A stretch of 64,000 nucleotides of DNA from NCBI RefSeq assembly GCF_009914755.1, contig NC_060947.1; one strand, 5' to 3'. Below the pieces are notes generated by a model. That model was not told the DNA's origin, ran no database searches, and saw nothing but the letters and a program-made list of their open reading frames with translations. Below are positions 41,251 through 55,663 of the stretch, one piece after another. The translations under genes were made by a program, and so were the position numbers. Within the stretch, counting starts at the first letter, position 1. Each line of letters opens with the position of its first letter. Source of the DNA: the human T2T-CHM13v2.0 reference genome, Homo sapiens.

Positions 41251-43079
41251 ATTCTTTCCAGTATCTTCTCTTAATTGCATGTGTTTTTCACTAAACACTG
41301 AATTGGTTTAATGTAGAAAACTTCATCTGTTCGATTTCATTCTTTAAGTAAATACATAAACCATATCGGGGGAGGCAGAGAAAGTGAGTTTTGAGGAGAG
41401 AGGATTTTCATGGTATTCTTGAAAGGATAAATAAAAGAATACACATTTTATTTGACCCCCATTAGCCATCTGCTTTATACAGTAAATTGTGTTTATGAGA
41501 TGCCAGAGAAAAATAACTAATGAATTTATTCAAGGTGGTATAAATGTGCCAGTTACAAATTTAAATTTGTAGTCATATCAGTGGACAGTTTTGAACTGAG
41601 TAAGATCTTTTATAAAATCAGACAAAGTTTTAACGCTTAGGATGCAATGAAAGAAATGTATGTGGGAGTCTTTCAGTTAGAATAGAATATAAGATGGAAC
41701 ACTACCTGGAACAATATTCATTTGAGATGTGCGCAGTTTTTCTCTATTCCTGGAAGCTACATCTTTGTTCTGTGAGAAAAGCAAGAGGAGGTTCCTGATA
41801 TGGTCTGTCCTTTCAGTTATGCTGTAGGTAGATTGCTAGCTAGAGCCATTTGAAAAGGAGCAGGGTAAGAACATGATATCAATGTATTATGGGAGAGTAG
41901 CATACATGAAAGAGTCACCTTTGTACTACGTGGGATAATATTCCAGCTGATAATCTCCTGCATTACTTAAAATTGGCAGTTCTTCCTTCCCAATAATAAA
42001 ATACCTGGAAGAAGGAGTTTCTTTAAGTCAGAAGATCCATTAATGTACAAATAAGTTGTACCCTATACATACAAGTAAGTTGTCTCTACCCTACAATCCT
42101 GTTCCTTCATTAAAAACAAAAACACAGTACCTTTAAGAAGTATCTTTTTCCTCCATAATTTATAGCACTTGCCTGGTATTGTGTTTAATTTTAAAGTTTT
42201 TGTTTTGATGCAGGGACAACGTTTTATTAAATATTAAAAGATTTGATCTGAAAGTGTCCCCACTTAAAGTAAAAAAGAACAGGCCTGAGTCATTCAGAAG
42301 GCTTTTATATGACATGTTGGCTTTGAAGAATTTGTATTAATTATTTTGCCAAAAGCTTTTTTATTCCTTTTATAGACCAGAATTGAATAAAAATTGTTTA
42401 GTTTAGTGGTACTTAGTTCTTAGCATTTCCATTTCCTTTCCAGCCCTTGTTTTCTTTCCTCCCAACCAAAAACAACAAAAAAGATTTTCATATTTTCTTT
42501 TAAAGCAGAATTCTGTTATTTCTTCTGTTCAGAAGAGATAAGGGCAGGACGAAGGTGATGATTGGTATTTGGTGATGGAATGTTTATCTCACTTTGGATT
42601 TGCAGTGGCCATCAATAGGGGCGAGCTGGTGAAAATTAGATATGCTTGTTAGCATTCTGCTACCAGCAACTACTGTGTATTGGAGAGGCCCTTTCTTGGT
42701 CTTAGAAGGCCAATTAAAATGTGTCTCTGGACTTCAGAGGGCAGTACAGATGACAGTCTGACACTCATCCTGGCACTTTTGAGTATCCTCAAGACATTGA
42801 CACTAATGATTTATGAGTTACGCATATTCTGTCACCATATCTGCTCTTTGCTCCACACCCTCTCCCTTTCTCCTTTCCCTTCCTTGACAATGTTTGTGGG
42901 GTGATAAGAAAGAGATTTTGGAACCAAGAAATGAGAGGTGGCGGGGGAGAGGAAGATGATATATTTTTAACACTCTGGCTTCTTGCTACTCTGTCCCAGA
43001 ATATACCCCCAGGCAACTGGAATCCCCAGTCGGAAAAACACTGGAGAATGACTTTCCTTCTGCTTCTTTTCCCTTGCAG

Positions 43080-43125
43080 GAAACACATGAAATTGTGGCG
43101 ATCAAGAAATTCAAGGACAGTGAAG
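43080..43125 (+). CDS. CDKL5: CDKL5 coding exon 4 (46 nt), ETHEIVAIKKFKDSE(E), kinase subdomain II with catalytic Lys
   Basis: Acceptor cttttcccttgcAG (AG 43078-43079), donor AG|GTAGAT. Translation matches the recalled CDKL5 N-terminal kinase domain, and the phase-1 end fits the next exon. Confidence 0.97.
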
Positions 43126-43129
43126 GTAG

Positions 43130-43153
43130 ATATATATATATATATATATATAT
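43130..43153. repeat. (AT)12 microsatellite starting at +5 of the exon 4 donor
   Basis: gtag-ATATATATATATATATATATATAT-ctg. Confidence 0.95.
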
Positions 43154-44758
43154 CTGTATATATGTATTTTTCCTTCTGTATAAAGTTTTTATACATAGAG
43201 TGTGGAAGAAGTGGGATCTAGCTGGTCAGACACTGTCTATTCCTGATATTTTGAAGTCACAATCTCAGAAAGTGAATATAGCTTATTTCTTATGCTTTGC
43301 TTTCAAACATTTAGTTCCTTTTATGTGAATCTTTTCAAATCTCATGATATTAGAAAATTCATCTTTTTATTTTAAGGTTGCAAGCAGCATTGGAAATCTT
43401 GCTCCAAAGGCTGGTTAGAAGGCATGTTGTTTATGCTGTTTCTAAATATTATTAAAATAAAAAAACTGGCTTCAAGTAAATACTTCTGTGGGTCCACATA
43501 AATAGCAAGTACTACATGAAAGATTTCAGTATTGGTTACGGTGATCTCCAGCTCCTAGTCAGAGTTAGAAATACAAGGATATATTGAGGGATTGATTTTA
43601 TATTTAGAATAATGCATTGAGAGAATAAAAGCTTTTTAAGAAGAAATACTATGCTTAGGGGCCTTCATCACATCCAGACCATTTCAGACAGAGTTGTAAA
43701 ATTACCCCATGCTGGGCAAGAAAGTTTAAAATAATGCATTTCAGTAGTTCATTAGTTTTAAAATCTAGACTGTTGGCCATCCAAAGATAGCCAAATAGAG
43801 AAACTGATAACAAAAATAGGTATGGCCTTTAAGGTGCTCTAGACAACATTTTTTTCAGACTTTTTGGACTGAGACCCACAGTAGAAATATATTTCATATC
43901 CTAACCCAGTGTCCGCACACATATGTAACACTATATGTAAATGAAGCAAAAATGTCACGAACTTCATCTTATGAATGTGAAGCTCTCTACTTTCTGTTCT
44001 TTCCTGTTCATGTAAATGCCTATTGTGACATCAAATGGATTGATTTCACTACTAGTAAGTCAGAGCCTGCTATTTGAAAAACTATGGTCTAAGAGTAAGA
44101 AGTACCAACACAGCATCAATCTTCATATCTAATTAGAAGTGTGGAAATAGCAGTCATAGCTTACCTTCATCAGCACACATCCCCTAAGTGATGTAAGACA
44201 CCAGCCTCTATATTTATGAACAGTTTCATCACCCTCACCTCAAAGACTTAGCAAACATTAAATAACAAAAAGGGACTTGCTCCAGGATAGATGTAGTAGT
44301 ATTTGATGTAATCCATCTCTGATGTGCTAGTTATATGAAACACATGCATATCAGCTGGGAACTTTAGCAGTCATTGTATGGGCAGGCTTAAAGGGAAGGT
44401 AAAAAGTGGAAGGTAAAAAAGAACTTTTTGCTTGTTCTGGGGGGACAAAAAAATCTTGCTTCAAATGGGATATTTGTGGTCTAGCAGGAAGCAGTAGCTC
44501 CAGGCTATCCCACTGTGATACCATTGGAAATGAGCTCTTTGAGCAGTGACTTTGGGTCAGCAGGTGGCTGAGAGACAAATGGTGATTTCCTAAAAAGAAT
44601 GGTTGCAACAGTAGATCAAAGCACAACCTTCGCATGCATGTAAAGGCTTCTGGCTGTGCATTCATCTTTCAGGGCATATTGGCAAGCATCAGTTACCACC
44701 AAAAATAATAACTGTCATCAAATTTTGTAAAAAGTACAATCTAGGCCATGTATGCCAC

Positions 44759-45058
44759 CTTTTTTTGTTTATGAGACAGGGTCTCACACTGTCACCCAGG
44801 CTGGAGTGCAGTGGCGCAATCTTGGCTCACTGCAACCTCCACTCCCCGGGCTCAAGTGATTCTACAGCCACAGCCTCCTGAGTAGCTGGGATTACAGGTG
44901 TGCGCCACCATGCCCAGCTAATTTTTTGTATTTTATTTGTAGAGACAGGGTTTCGCCATGTTGCCCAGGCTGGTCTCAAACTGCTGAGCTCAAAGTGATC
45001 CGCCTGCCTTGGCCTCCCAAAGTACTGGGATTACAGGCGTGAGCCACCTTGTCCAGCC
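44759..45058 (-). mobile_element. AluJ
   Basis: Full Alu body. Confidence 0.9.
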
Positions 45059-46121
45059 CCATTACTTTCTTTTTAAGTAAATACCATGTTCTTTATAATC
45101 TCTGTCTTGTGCATACCAATTCTTAGCTTCAATTATATATTTTTACCTGTGTTAATGATACCTTTAGAGTGGAAATCTAGTGTATCCGTTGAAATTCATT
45201 GAGCACTGAGTGAAGTGCTGTAAGAGTTGAGGTGTGGATACTTTCAAGAAGCATATGACCTATTAGGAGAATTAAGACCTGCAAATAAATAACAATAAAA
45301 CACAGTAGAAAACAGTTATTGCCTGAATGGAGACATGGAACTTGGATCATTTTGAGGTGAGAGAAACTGTTTCTGGACGTGGTATTGGGAGTTCATGAAT
45401 AGTCTAGACGTGGAAGACATTTGATCTGCCCTTATTTTATTGAACCAACAAAACATTAATCTGCTCTGCCCTCATCTCTGCCAGACCCTTATCACTCACC
45501 ATCCCTCAGAGGCATGCAGCCTTATCACCCACCCCACCTTGTCAATGACACCTACGTACCACCTACACATACTTCTAGAGGGATACTTCCAAAACATTTC
45601 TGTGCTAGAACCCAAAAACATAACCAATTATTCATAAACTTTTTCATTCCAGTCTGGCCCACTTACCTACTGTTTACATTTCTCCCAGGGAGATACTAGT
45701 ACTCTCTTTTTTCTGTCTTTACCCTTTTCCTCTGGCTGGAGTAGTGTCTTGCTTAATGGAAAAAAGGGTACATGTTTGGTGAACAACTCTTTTGGAGTGT
45801 GAAGTGTATATAGATAGTCTCATTCAGGTAAGGATGTCTATTCAACCCCTGGGTAAACCATTTAATTCTCAATCAGTTTATTAAATTTTAGCCAATTATA
45901 ATAAAAAACAGTGTCGTGATAATATTGCCCTCATTGTCATGTAGCTCTCATTAATCCCCTTTATTAGTTATTCTTGAAATATTCATTTGATATTATGGCA
46001 GTGATTATCTAGATCTAATGTTTAAAAGTCTTAGTGAAGATAACGAAATAATCCTGTAAAAATATTGTTAACTGAAATAGGATCTGCACTTGGTCTGAGC
46101 CATGTTCAAGGTAATCCAGTG

Positions 46122-46781
46122 CAGATGCTCCTTGACTTGTGATGAGGCCACATCCCAGTAACCCATCATAAGTGGAAAAAATTGTTACGTACAAAATGCT
46201 TTGGCTGGGTGTGGTGGCTCACACTTGTAATCCCAGCACTTTGGGAAGCCGAGGCAGGAGGATTGCTTGAGCCAGGAGTTTGAGACCAGCCTGGGCAACA
46301 TGGCGAGACCCTGTTTCTACAAAAAATTTTTAAAAAAATTAGCCAGGCATGGTGGTGTGTGCCTGTAATCCTAGCTACTCAGTAGGCTGATGTAGGAGGC
46401 TCGCTTGAGCCCAGAAGGTTGAGGCTGCAGTGAGCCGTGATCATGCCACTGCACTCCAGCCTAGGCAACAGAGTGAGACTCTGTCTCCAAAAAAAGGCTT
46501 TACTACACCCAACTTACCACACATCATAGCTTTAGCCTAGCCTCCTTTAAACATGCTCAGAACACTTATGTTAGCCTATAGTTGGGCAAAATCATATAAC
46601 AAAGCCTATTTTATAGTAAGGTGTTGAATATCTCATGTAATTTATTGAATACTGTAGTGAAAGTGAAAACCAGAATGATTTTATGGGTATTCAAAGTATG
46701 GTTTCTCATGAACGCATATGGCTTTCATGCCATTATAAAGTCAAAAAATCGAAGTCAAACCATTGTAAGTCGGGACCATCT
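46122..46781. mobile_element. MER47A (TcMar-Tigger) split by an AluJ (+, 46203-46495)
   Basis: TIRs cagatgctccttgacttg / taagtcgggaccatct; internal catagctttagcctagcc...gttgggcaaaatcat. Confidence 0.82.
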
Positions 46782-47289
46782 ATTCTCTCACTGATATCAC
46801 GGAATATTTTGTGAGAATATATGTTAATTTCTGGTAGCTTTAAAAGATTATGCTAATGTCCTACTTTCTTGTTAAATTCATATATATTCACAAATTTATA
46901 AAAAATGTTTGTGAAACTATATTTTGTTAGACTACTATTTAGTTCAAGAAGTCTTTATTATCCCAGGATGATAGATCACTATTTAAAATGGGAATCAAAA
47001 TTTCATAGTAAATAAAAGTTTATTTTGGGACTTTAAGTGGATAAAATGAAACTAAAATTATGAAAATAAGTTTATAGTTAACACAAGTTAGGTTATAGTA
47101 GTAACTAATATGCTATTTCAAGAAAGAATGAAGTGTTAACCTTTTTGGGAGGAGGAACAGTTTTTACAGTAAAATTGTAGGCTAGGCCAATGAATAGCTT
47201 CTATAGTAAAGAGGGTCATTAAGAAATATACAAAAAGCTTTGTCAGTTTTCTCTTCTTCTTCTTCTTCTTTTTTTATTCCTGTCTATGT

Positions 47290-47598
47290 GTCTTCTTTTT
47301 CAGGCTGTGTGTGTGTGACAGGGTCTTGCTTTGTATCCCAGGGTAGAGTACAGTAGCATGGTCATGGCTCAGTGCAGCCTTGAACTCCTGGGCTCAAGCA
47401 GTCTTCCTGTCTCAGCCTCCCAAAGTAGCTGGGACTACAGGTGCGCACCACCACTCCCAGCTAATTTTTTCATTTTTTGTAGAGGCAAGGTCTCGCTATG
47501 TTGCTCAGGCTGGTCTCAAACTCCTGGGATCAAGAGATCCTCCTGCCTCAGCCTCCCAAAATGCTGCGATTACAGGCATGAGCCACCAAGCCTTGCCT
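47290..47598 (-). mobile_element. AluJ
   Basis: J-type Alu body. Confidence 0.87.
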
Positions 47599-50500
47599 TT
47601 TCGAGGTTTTTATTTTCTAGTTGTTAGCAGATACAATTCTATCAGACAATTTATCAGTGTCTTTGCCTGTGATTCTCTCTGAAAGACTTTGACACCCTGA
47701 CTTGGGGATATAGACTCCTATTAAAAAGGAAGAATGTTTGAGTAATGAAAAATTTTGTCTGAGCTTACTTCATTAGTTAATTTTTTCTTGTTTTGATGAC
47801 TTCTGTTTGTTGACCCTTCATAAATTTGGAGTCTGTGATAATGAGTTCTTTAAGATAACCCTAAATGATGGTATTATAAGTTTGGCTATTAAGTTCCTGC
47901 AGAGAAATTTTATCTAGTAAACACCTGACCAACCAGAAGTCTCCATTGTATTCGTTCTGCTCATTGTAATAGTTCTGCTCATTATTTGGATTTTCTGAGA
48001 AGGGAAAAAATGACCATAGATCATAAAGATACTAGAGATTATTTAGTTAAAAGGTACTTTTCAGACTATGTATAAATTATAAATTTAGTCCAGTTCTTCT
48101 ACCCTTTCTATGACTCCCATCTTCTACAGTGAGATTTGATGTTCAGATGATAATGTATCACTGTTGTTTTGTCAAGACAAGTACAAGTGTCTGCTGTCCT
48201 CAATTTATTAAATAACCCAAGAGCGCTGATTTAGATTATATAGCTTTGGACCAGCAAGAATTCAAAATATTGTCTGTCCAGCCTTTACTTTAGGAAAACC
48301 TATTGTCTAGAATTTATTTTTGACATACATTTGGACCTTCTTTTTGCTTCTTTAGACTTTTCCATCTTTCCTTAAATGTAAGGTGATGGAGTGAGGGGAG
48401 AGCCTCTCTGCTTGTCACTGGGCCTCTGTGCATGGCAAGGAGGCTGACTCCAGGGAGCTATACACTAGTCTACATTTAAGATGAAACTTAGGTTGTGTCT
48501 CTGCTTTTATATAAAATAAAATTACTTGCATTTCGTATTCTGCTGAATGTTTTCTATAGAGAACTATTTTCCTCTTGGAATGGACATATTCTTCTTAATT
48601 ATTAGAAAACATTTAATTGATCATCTGTTCTGTCTTCTAATTTATTTTATTCTTCTGTTTACCCAGACACTGGAAAGCTCTATACTGATCTCTGGATCAG
48701 GAGTACTCTGGTCTCTTATTTTATATAATGGTACAAAACCAGAGTTCGTAATCTGGAGTCCTTAAATTCAAGAGCCTGATTTCTGTGTGAAAGAGGCCTT
48801 GAAACAAAAAGTCCAACCCTTGATTAAACAAATAATTTGATTAACTGAGCTTGAGCATTCTGGCTAGTCATGATTTTACCACACTTCCTTTTCATGTTCA
48901 ACATGGACCTCCTTCAGACTTCAGGGATTCTTCTAGGATTTGGTGATCATTTTGCATCTTCTGTGATTTAATAAATTTCTACTGTGCTTTTACCTGTTCT
49001 TCATCTCTAAAGATTGGAGGGTCCTCATCTTTCTTGGTGTATGTAACAGTAGCACTAGCATTCAAACTCCCTCAGCCACATTGTCTGTCTATTGATGTCC
49101 CTTCTTCAATAAGAGCAACCAGACTCAAATATGGTACCCCCGTGGTTTTGATCAAGGATGGGTTGATTTTTCTTTATCAGTTTATCTGTGTAAAGGTCCA
49201 TTTGGGGTGGGGGGCTCTTTGGCTATACAAAAATGTCAGGTTTGTGATTTCACAAAGTAGGTTACAGCTATTCCTGGATTTCCTTTCTAAGCCCACAGTT
49301 CTTTAAAAATAGAGTTACAATAGAGTTTCTGCTCATCTTTAGATTTTTCTCTTTTCATCAGTTATCTTTGAATCTCCTTTGCTCCTGTGATCTTTCTTCT
49401 TAAGAATTGTTCTCTTTAGCAAATCGCTCTTGATTTTTAGGTGTGTTAACTTGCCTTACTGGTAAGTTTAGAAGTAGGACAGTTTTTGGGTTGTTTTTAC
49501 TTAACATCCTTTTTCCACCCTGCCATTTTGTCCTCACTCAGTGGGGTTTCTATATATCTGCACATAACTTTGTCAGAGTTGATCCTGCATTCAGCTAAAC
49601 CCCCTCAGTGGTAACTGATGACAAGATGGGTCAGCATGCACATAAGCAGTTATCACATAGAAGTATGGACTCGGGAAGAGTCCTTCTGAATAATCCAGTA
49701 TAACTCAGCCCCAGTATACAGATGATGGACCTCAGGCTCAAAGTTGCATAGCGTGTATGTGAATAATTGCAACTAAAATGCTGACCCAGGATCTTTGTTG
49801 AGTTTTTCTTCCACCCATACTATGCCGCCTTGCCGTTCAGCTAAATGGTAGCATAGTTATACCTGAACCTGGGTACTGTGACTCACTTTCCAAAACTCAC
49901 TGTATTGTATACTATGCCACCTTTGTGCCTGTGTTCTACTCAGACTATGAGGTTGAATATGACCCTCCATTCATGCACCCTGAGAAAGTTATCCTTTCTA
50001 GACTTGATTTCTTCATTTGTAAACTGGAGCCCAGCCTTGATAAAGAATCCTAGCCTAGACAAAGAATCCACGGGGATTATTTCAACTAGATGGCAGTGAT
50101 TTTTGTGCTCATTTCAGTGGGCTGTGCTACCACCCTTTGAAAATGCCTTACTGAATGCTTTTTGTAAGGCATTTTGTAATGCCTTGCAAAATGCTTTCCT
50201 ACTTTGTGTACCTCTGAGAAGAGAAGCCTGTGTAATTGGAATGTGCCTTCCTTCTCCCCTCATCTGATAATTTAGTTGACAGTTTTCATCATAAAGTGCA
50301 GGGCAGGCCAGGAACCTTCAAAGTACTTAGAAAAACAAAATTATAGGATGTACCCAGTAATAATGAAGAGTGCCCATTTTGCTTGAATTTAGGGAATTAA
50401 CTCCACTTTCTGCCTGTTCCCATTCATTGCAATCTTAGTGCTCAAGTGTTTACCTCAACTTTTAATACTATGACTGGCATAAAGTAGAAAAGCCTTTATT

Positions 50501-51339
50501 TCCTAAAAACAGCTGCTCCAATGAGGTTGTTTGGGCACTACATTCTAGGTAATTTTGTGTGCTGCTTTTTGATGATTCATTTATCTTCTCTAACCATTGT
50601 TAAGTGGAGTCAATACAGATTCGAATAATGTATGTATAACAAAGCAGCCAAGTTCCATGAGGTTTAGGCTCATAATCAATACAATTTTAATGAAAAGAAA
50701 TAATAGATTATTAGACTTGAAAAAGGCAATAGGATTTTTGGGAGATGGAGGCATTTATTTGTTTCTTTTACTGATGAAAAGTTAAGTGGCTTGCCTAAAG
50801 TTGCATGGTGTACTGTTAGTTGATTAAAAGACCGAGTCCAGAATCTAGGTCTCCCTAGTTAGTCCTGGTCCACTGTTCCTTCTACTAAAACCATCCTGAT
50901 GCAGCCATTCTGAAGAGGGTTTATTCATTAGCAAAGTGAAACTGCCACAAGTTGGTAATAAATAATAGTACGATGTTTTTTCATTTGCATTTCCAGTACC
51001 AAGAATTCACAAAGCATCATAGTTTATGGACGCTCTTAATGATTTTATTTTTATTTAGGTATTTGTGTGCATGTACTTGTGTGTGTTCTTGACCCTGAGC
51101 ACTGTCAGTGTTCTGTATCCTCCATCATTTCTAATCACATACTGTAGAAGACACCTAGGGACAGAGGTGAATAGGGAGAAGAGAAAATTCAGTTTATCGT
51201 ACTGCCTGATAAGCGGTGCTTGAGGAAATTGACAGTGCTGTAAGAAAACTGAGAGGCAAAGTGCCTATTGTTTGCCCTCCCGTTGCTGTGGCTGAAGTGA
51301 GGAAGAGTTACGCATGTATGGGCAGAGATTTCCTTATGG

Positions 51340-51830
51340 CCACAGGTGAAGCATTCATGTAGGAAGAATGTATTGATCACCTCTCCTTGTGTCAGGTACA
51401 GTCCTGGTGTATATTGTTGAACAGAAGAATTGAGTCCTGTCCTCCATGAGCTCTTGATTTAGCAGGGATGGCTGCATAGATTGCATACCACTAAGCAAAC
51501 AAATATATCAAGAAAAATGGTAAGAAGTTCTGTGAAAGAAAAGTCCAGAACTGTGATAAGGAATAATGGGGATGGAGGCCTACTTGCTTTTGTGGTCTGG
51601 GAAAGGCTCTAGAGGAGTGATATTTAAACTAAAACCTGAAGGAGCAAGCCCTGTCAAGAGCCTATGTAGTAGACTGAGCATTGTAGGCAGAGGGAGCAAG
51701 TCTGAAGGCCATTAAGGTGGAAAAATGAAGTTTGGGGCTATTTTGGGAACTGAAAGATGGAGGTGAGGGAGAGGGACATGAGATGGGGATGGAAAGGCAG
51801 GCACAGACCAGGTCATGAGTAATCAGTAGA
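51340..51830 (-). mobile_element. L2 fragment
   Basis: cattcatgtaggaagaatgtattgatcacc...tcctgtcctccatgagctc...gaaaggctctagaggagtgatatttaaact. Confidence 0.6.
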
Positions 51831-53649
51831 CTTGTCTCTTGTTAAATTAGTCCCTTGTTAGATCATTTGTTTCTTATTTGAGATCTGTGTGTTATTCTGT
51901 TTCTTAGAGATAGATGGATTTTAGTTTGATTACCCCAACCTTGAGTAACTCAGAGGGGATATTAGAGAAGCATGTTCTCGATCTTGCTTCTTTAGGAAAC
52001 TGCCGGTGTTCCTGTGCTTCAGCAGCTGCAGCTACCTTAGCATTCTAACAGTCACAGAACACCACTGTTCTGGCTCACCCCCAACTTGCAGAACACCTGG
52101 ACCTTTGTCCCCTCCCAATGCTCTAAGCTACTTTGGGATGTCCCCGATTGCATCTCAGACATTCCCCCACTGCCAGGTGACATCCACTGTCATGCTCTTT
52201 TCCCTGTAAGTACCCAGTTCCCTGTTGACTGCCTTGGTGTGATCCAGGTAATTCGCTGCTTATGCCACAGTTGGCCTTTCCTACTGCTGGTTCTTGTCTT
52301 CTCATAGGCAGTATCTCTCTTGGTCCTAATCTGTGTTCCAGTGTTCTCCAACAGCTTTCTGGCTAAAGTAGAATACTTCATTTATGTAACCAGTTCACAA
52401 GGGAGTGTTGACTCCGTGTTCCCAGTTTGTTATGGATACTCGGGTGCTACAAAGCCCTTGCTTTTATGTCATTCCCTTTTCTTTAAACTCAGTTTGAGTT
52501 GGGGGTTGGGAAAGGGGGCTGGGATAGAAAATAATCTGAGGAAACATTCCTGGGTCTGCATTTAGAATCTTCCCTCTCCCTTTGGAATCCATTCAGCCTT
52601 TTTCCTCCTGCGTGCCTTGGTTAGAGAGCCTTTCTTCTAGAGGGCATATCAAGTAGGCTTCCGTGCCCCTATCTCCACACTCCATTTTCCTCCTTCTCAC
52701 ACTGAAAGATGTGTCTAATCCTGAGGGTCACACAGCTCTCAAGCTAGGATTCTGGCCCTTACCCAAAAGCTTGTGGCTACATGTGTTTTAGACTTCATAA
52801 TTTTTGGATTTTAGAATGGACGTGTGGCATGTTATAATGCACAGCACTCAGTAATCAAGTAGTATTTCTATAGCACAACATATGAATGTTCATATTAGAT
52901 TGGATAAACAAAGACTTTATGTAGTCTCCTGTCAGTTCAGGTGTTACCTCTCAGTGAATTTGCCCCAAACTTAGAAAAAGCTTTCAGTTTTTAGACTGTG
53001 TTTTGGATTTTGGACTTGCAGATGAGGGATTATGAACCTGTATCCTGGTACATACATGCAAAAACATGGTAGTTAGGATTTCCCGGGTAAATCTAAAGGT
53101 ATAATAAAAACTAATTTAAATAGAAATATTATTTTCATCACTCCCCTGCCAATTAATCTATTAGAGTTAATATGACTTCTGTCCTTCCTCCATAACCACG
53201 GAGATTATCATGAATGAAGTTGATGGTATGGAAGAGGGTCTATTGGTTCAGCATAAGTTCTCCATCCCAGAACAGCTACACCATCTGGGATGGACAGATG
53301 GACATGCCACAGGGAGGACAGCAGGAACCTACAGCAGCTGCTGTTCAGAGAGAAGATTAGACACTCTCAGAATTCCCTGCAACTTGGCTGTGACTTGAAT
53401 TGTGGATGCTTGGCGCATGACCTCTGCTCCCTGAGGTGACTCATGCAGCCTGAGGAATAAAATGTTTTTTTAGGCCAAAGTTTCAGGCCATCCTTAAAAA
53501 CATCAGCTACTACAGATGCCGGCTGCATAGAGGTTCTTCTGCACACTGACAGTTTTGATTCCTTATGGCCCTTTTAATCTCTTTCCTTCCTTGTATAGAG
53601 TGTTATAGTTCAGATGACAATGGAGGCATATGTTGTATCTATAAGTGTG

Positions 53650-53725
53650 TTTTTATACATACACGTAGTAAAAGAAGTATAAGAAAATTTTTATACATAC
53701 ACATAGTAAAAGGAGTATAAGAAAA
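53650..53725. repeat. 38-bp tandem duplication, 2 copies with 2 mismatches
   Basis: tttttatacatacac(g/a)tagtaaaag(a/g)agtataagaaaa x2. Confidence 0.92.
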
Positions 53726-53910
53726 TATAAGCAGGAAGTCAAGTTTGTGCTGATCAAGTAAACCCTTTCTTCGATTTTCTTATTCTTGATCCTTTCAACA
53801 AGAAAACGTGTTATTTAATATTCCATTCTTGTACTTCTTATGCAGAAGTACTCAAAGCAGAAGGTGAAATTGGGATGTTTTCAGTGTTCTTGGAATTCTT
53901 TGAATAGTAG

Positions 53911-54102
<192 letters not shown>

Positions 54103-54748
54103 TAATTGCCAATGTGCACATTTGCCCGATTCTTTTATTTAAGGCTGTTTCTGACATTATTTAAGAAAGTACTGTTATCTAATATGGCTTATCAATGTAC
54201 TCATAATCTGAGGACTTTAAAAATGAAAGTGTTGTTAATAATCATTAGAAATTCTGAAATATATTTAAGAATTTTGTACAATTAAACTGTATAGAGATAA
54301 TCGTAAGTTTAAACAATATACTGATTTGGCTTCTGAAGTCTTAAACTCTATGTTCAACAAGTAATTTTTAGACTTGACTTAACTAAGCCTAAACTGAGGG
54401 AGAAACTGGTAAACTGACAGTGATGGTACAGGCTGGAAGAGGCTGTATAAGATACCACACTGAATCAGACCTAGGCTGGGGAATGAGTGGGCCCAGGAAG
54501 CAGCTTATGTGAACTGCCAATGCTTTGGCTTTATTTGAGGGAAGGAGCTGTGCCAGGAGGCCTAAGGTGAGGCTTGAGGTGGTAGATGAGACCGTAAAAG
54601 AAAAGCATGCATTGTTTGAGCTGTCTACACTTGCCTTAGCTTGTATTAAAAAATGTTCAACTTGTTGGAGACAATTTTAATAACATGACCTAAGGGCAAA
54701 TGTATGTTACAGTAATCAATAATGTGTGCCTAGAAATTTCTTGGAGAG

Positions 54749-54883
54749 GGGCCTGGTGCAGTGGCTCACACCTGTAATCCCAGCACTTTGGGAGGCTGAG
54801 GCAGGCGGATCGCTTGAGCCTCAGGAGTTTGAGAATAGCCTGAGCAACATAGTGAGACCCTGTCTCTAAAGAAAAAGAAAAAG
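54749..54883 (+). mobile_element. FLAM (free left Alu monomer)
   Basis: Single monomer; 17-bp TSD agaaatttcttggagag at 54732-54748 and 54884-54900. Confidence 0.9.
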
Positions 54884-55484
54884 AGAAATTTCTTGGAGAG
54901 CAGCTGACCTACAGCAGTTGTTATGGTCAAAAACTTAAACAGATAAACACTTTAACAGTAGTAGAAGAAACTGGAGTGGGGCAAACCTTTAAGCAAGTTT
55001 TCTTGATGAGTAAATAGGTGGCTCCTGCCGATTCCTATGCTGTTGTCCAAAGAAGGTTGAAGTGGGAGAAGTTTATGTTTGCTGCAGGTCTATACCCAGG
55101 TGCTTGCTATACCATAAATGACAGAGTATCAACATTGTCATAACCAAATGGAAAGCAGTATTGCCAGGGTAACTGACCAGTAATGTGGCTTTGAATGCAT
55201 TCAGCCTTTACAAATTGTTTTTTGAAATAAAAAAAAAAAATACATGTAATAATTTCCTTACTAGAAAAACTGGAACGGTACTAGCAGGTTGTTTGTAATC
55301 TTAAACCACTGCTTTATGTTCCTTTTCCAGAATCTGTTTTAAGTTTCTTTTTCTGTGTCAACTTATACATTCCTCTAAGGTACCTTCCACACCAAAATAA
55401 AACTAAAAGTTTTTTTTTTTTTTTTAAAGTTCTATTAAAAAAAAAGGATTGCTGTATTAGGATTCCAGGGGAAACCAGATGCTC

Positions 55485-55663
55485 TTTATTTTTTAAAAAC
55501 TTTTTAGAGATGGTGTCTCACTATGTTGCCTAGGCTGGAGTGTAGTGGCTATTCACAGGTATGATTATAGCACACTGCAGCCTCAAACTCCTGGGCTCAA
55601 GCAAATCTTTCACATCAGCCTCCTGAGTCGCTAGGACTACAGGTGCGCGCCACCATGCCTGGC
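55485..55663 (-). mobile_element. FAM-like (7SL-derived fossil Alu monomer)
   Basis: Monomer retaining the 7SL segment gtggctattcacaggt. Confidence 0.8.

Noticed and set aside
42789-43328. Overlapping ORFs around exon 4, including a 135-aa antisense ORF
   Set aside because: They are kept open by the (AT)n tract and chance and resemble no protein family. Only the 46-nt exon is supported.
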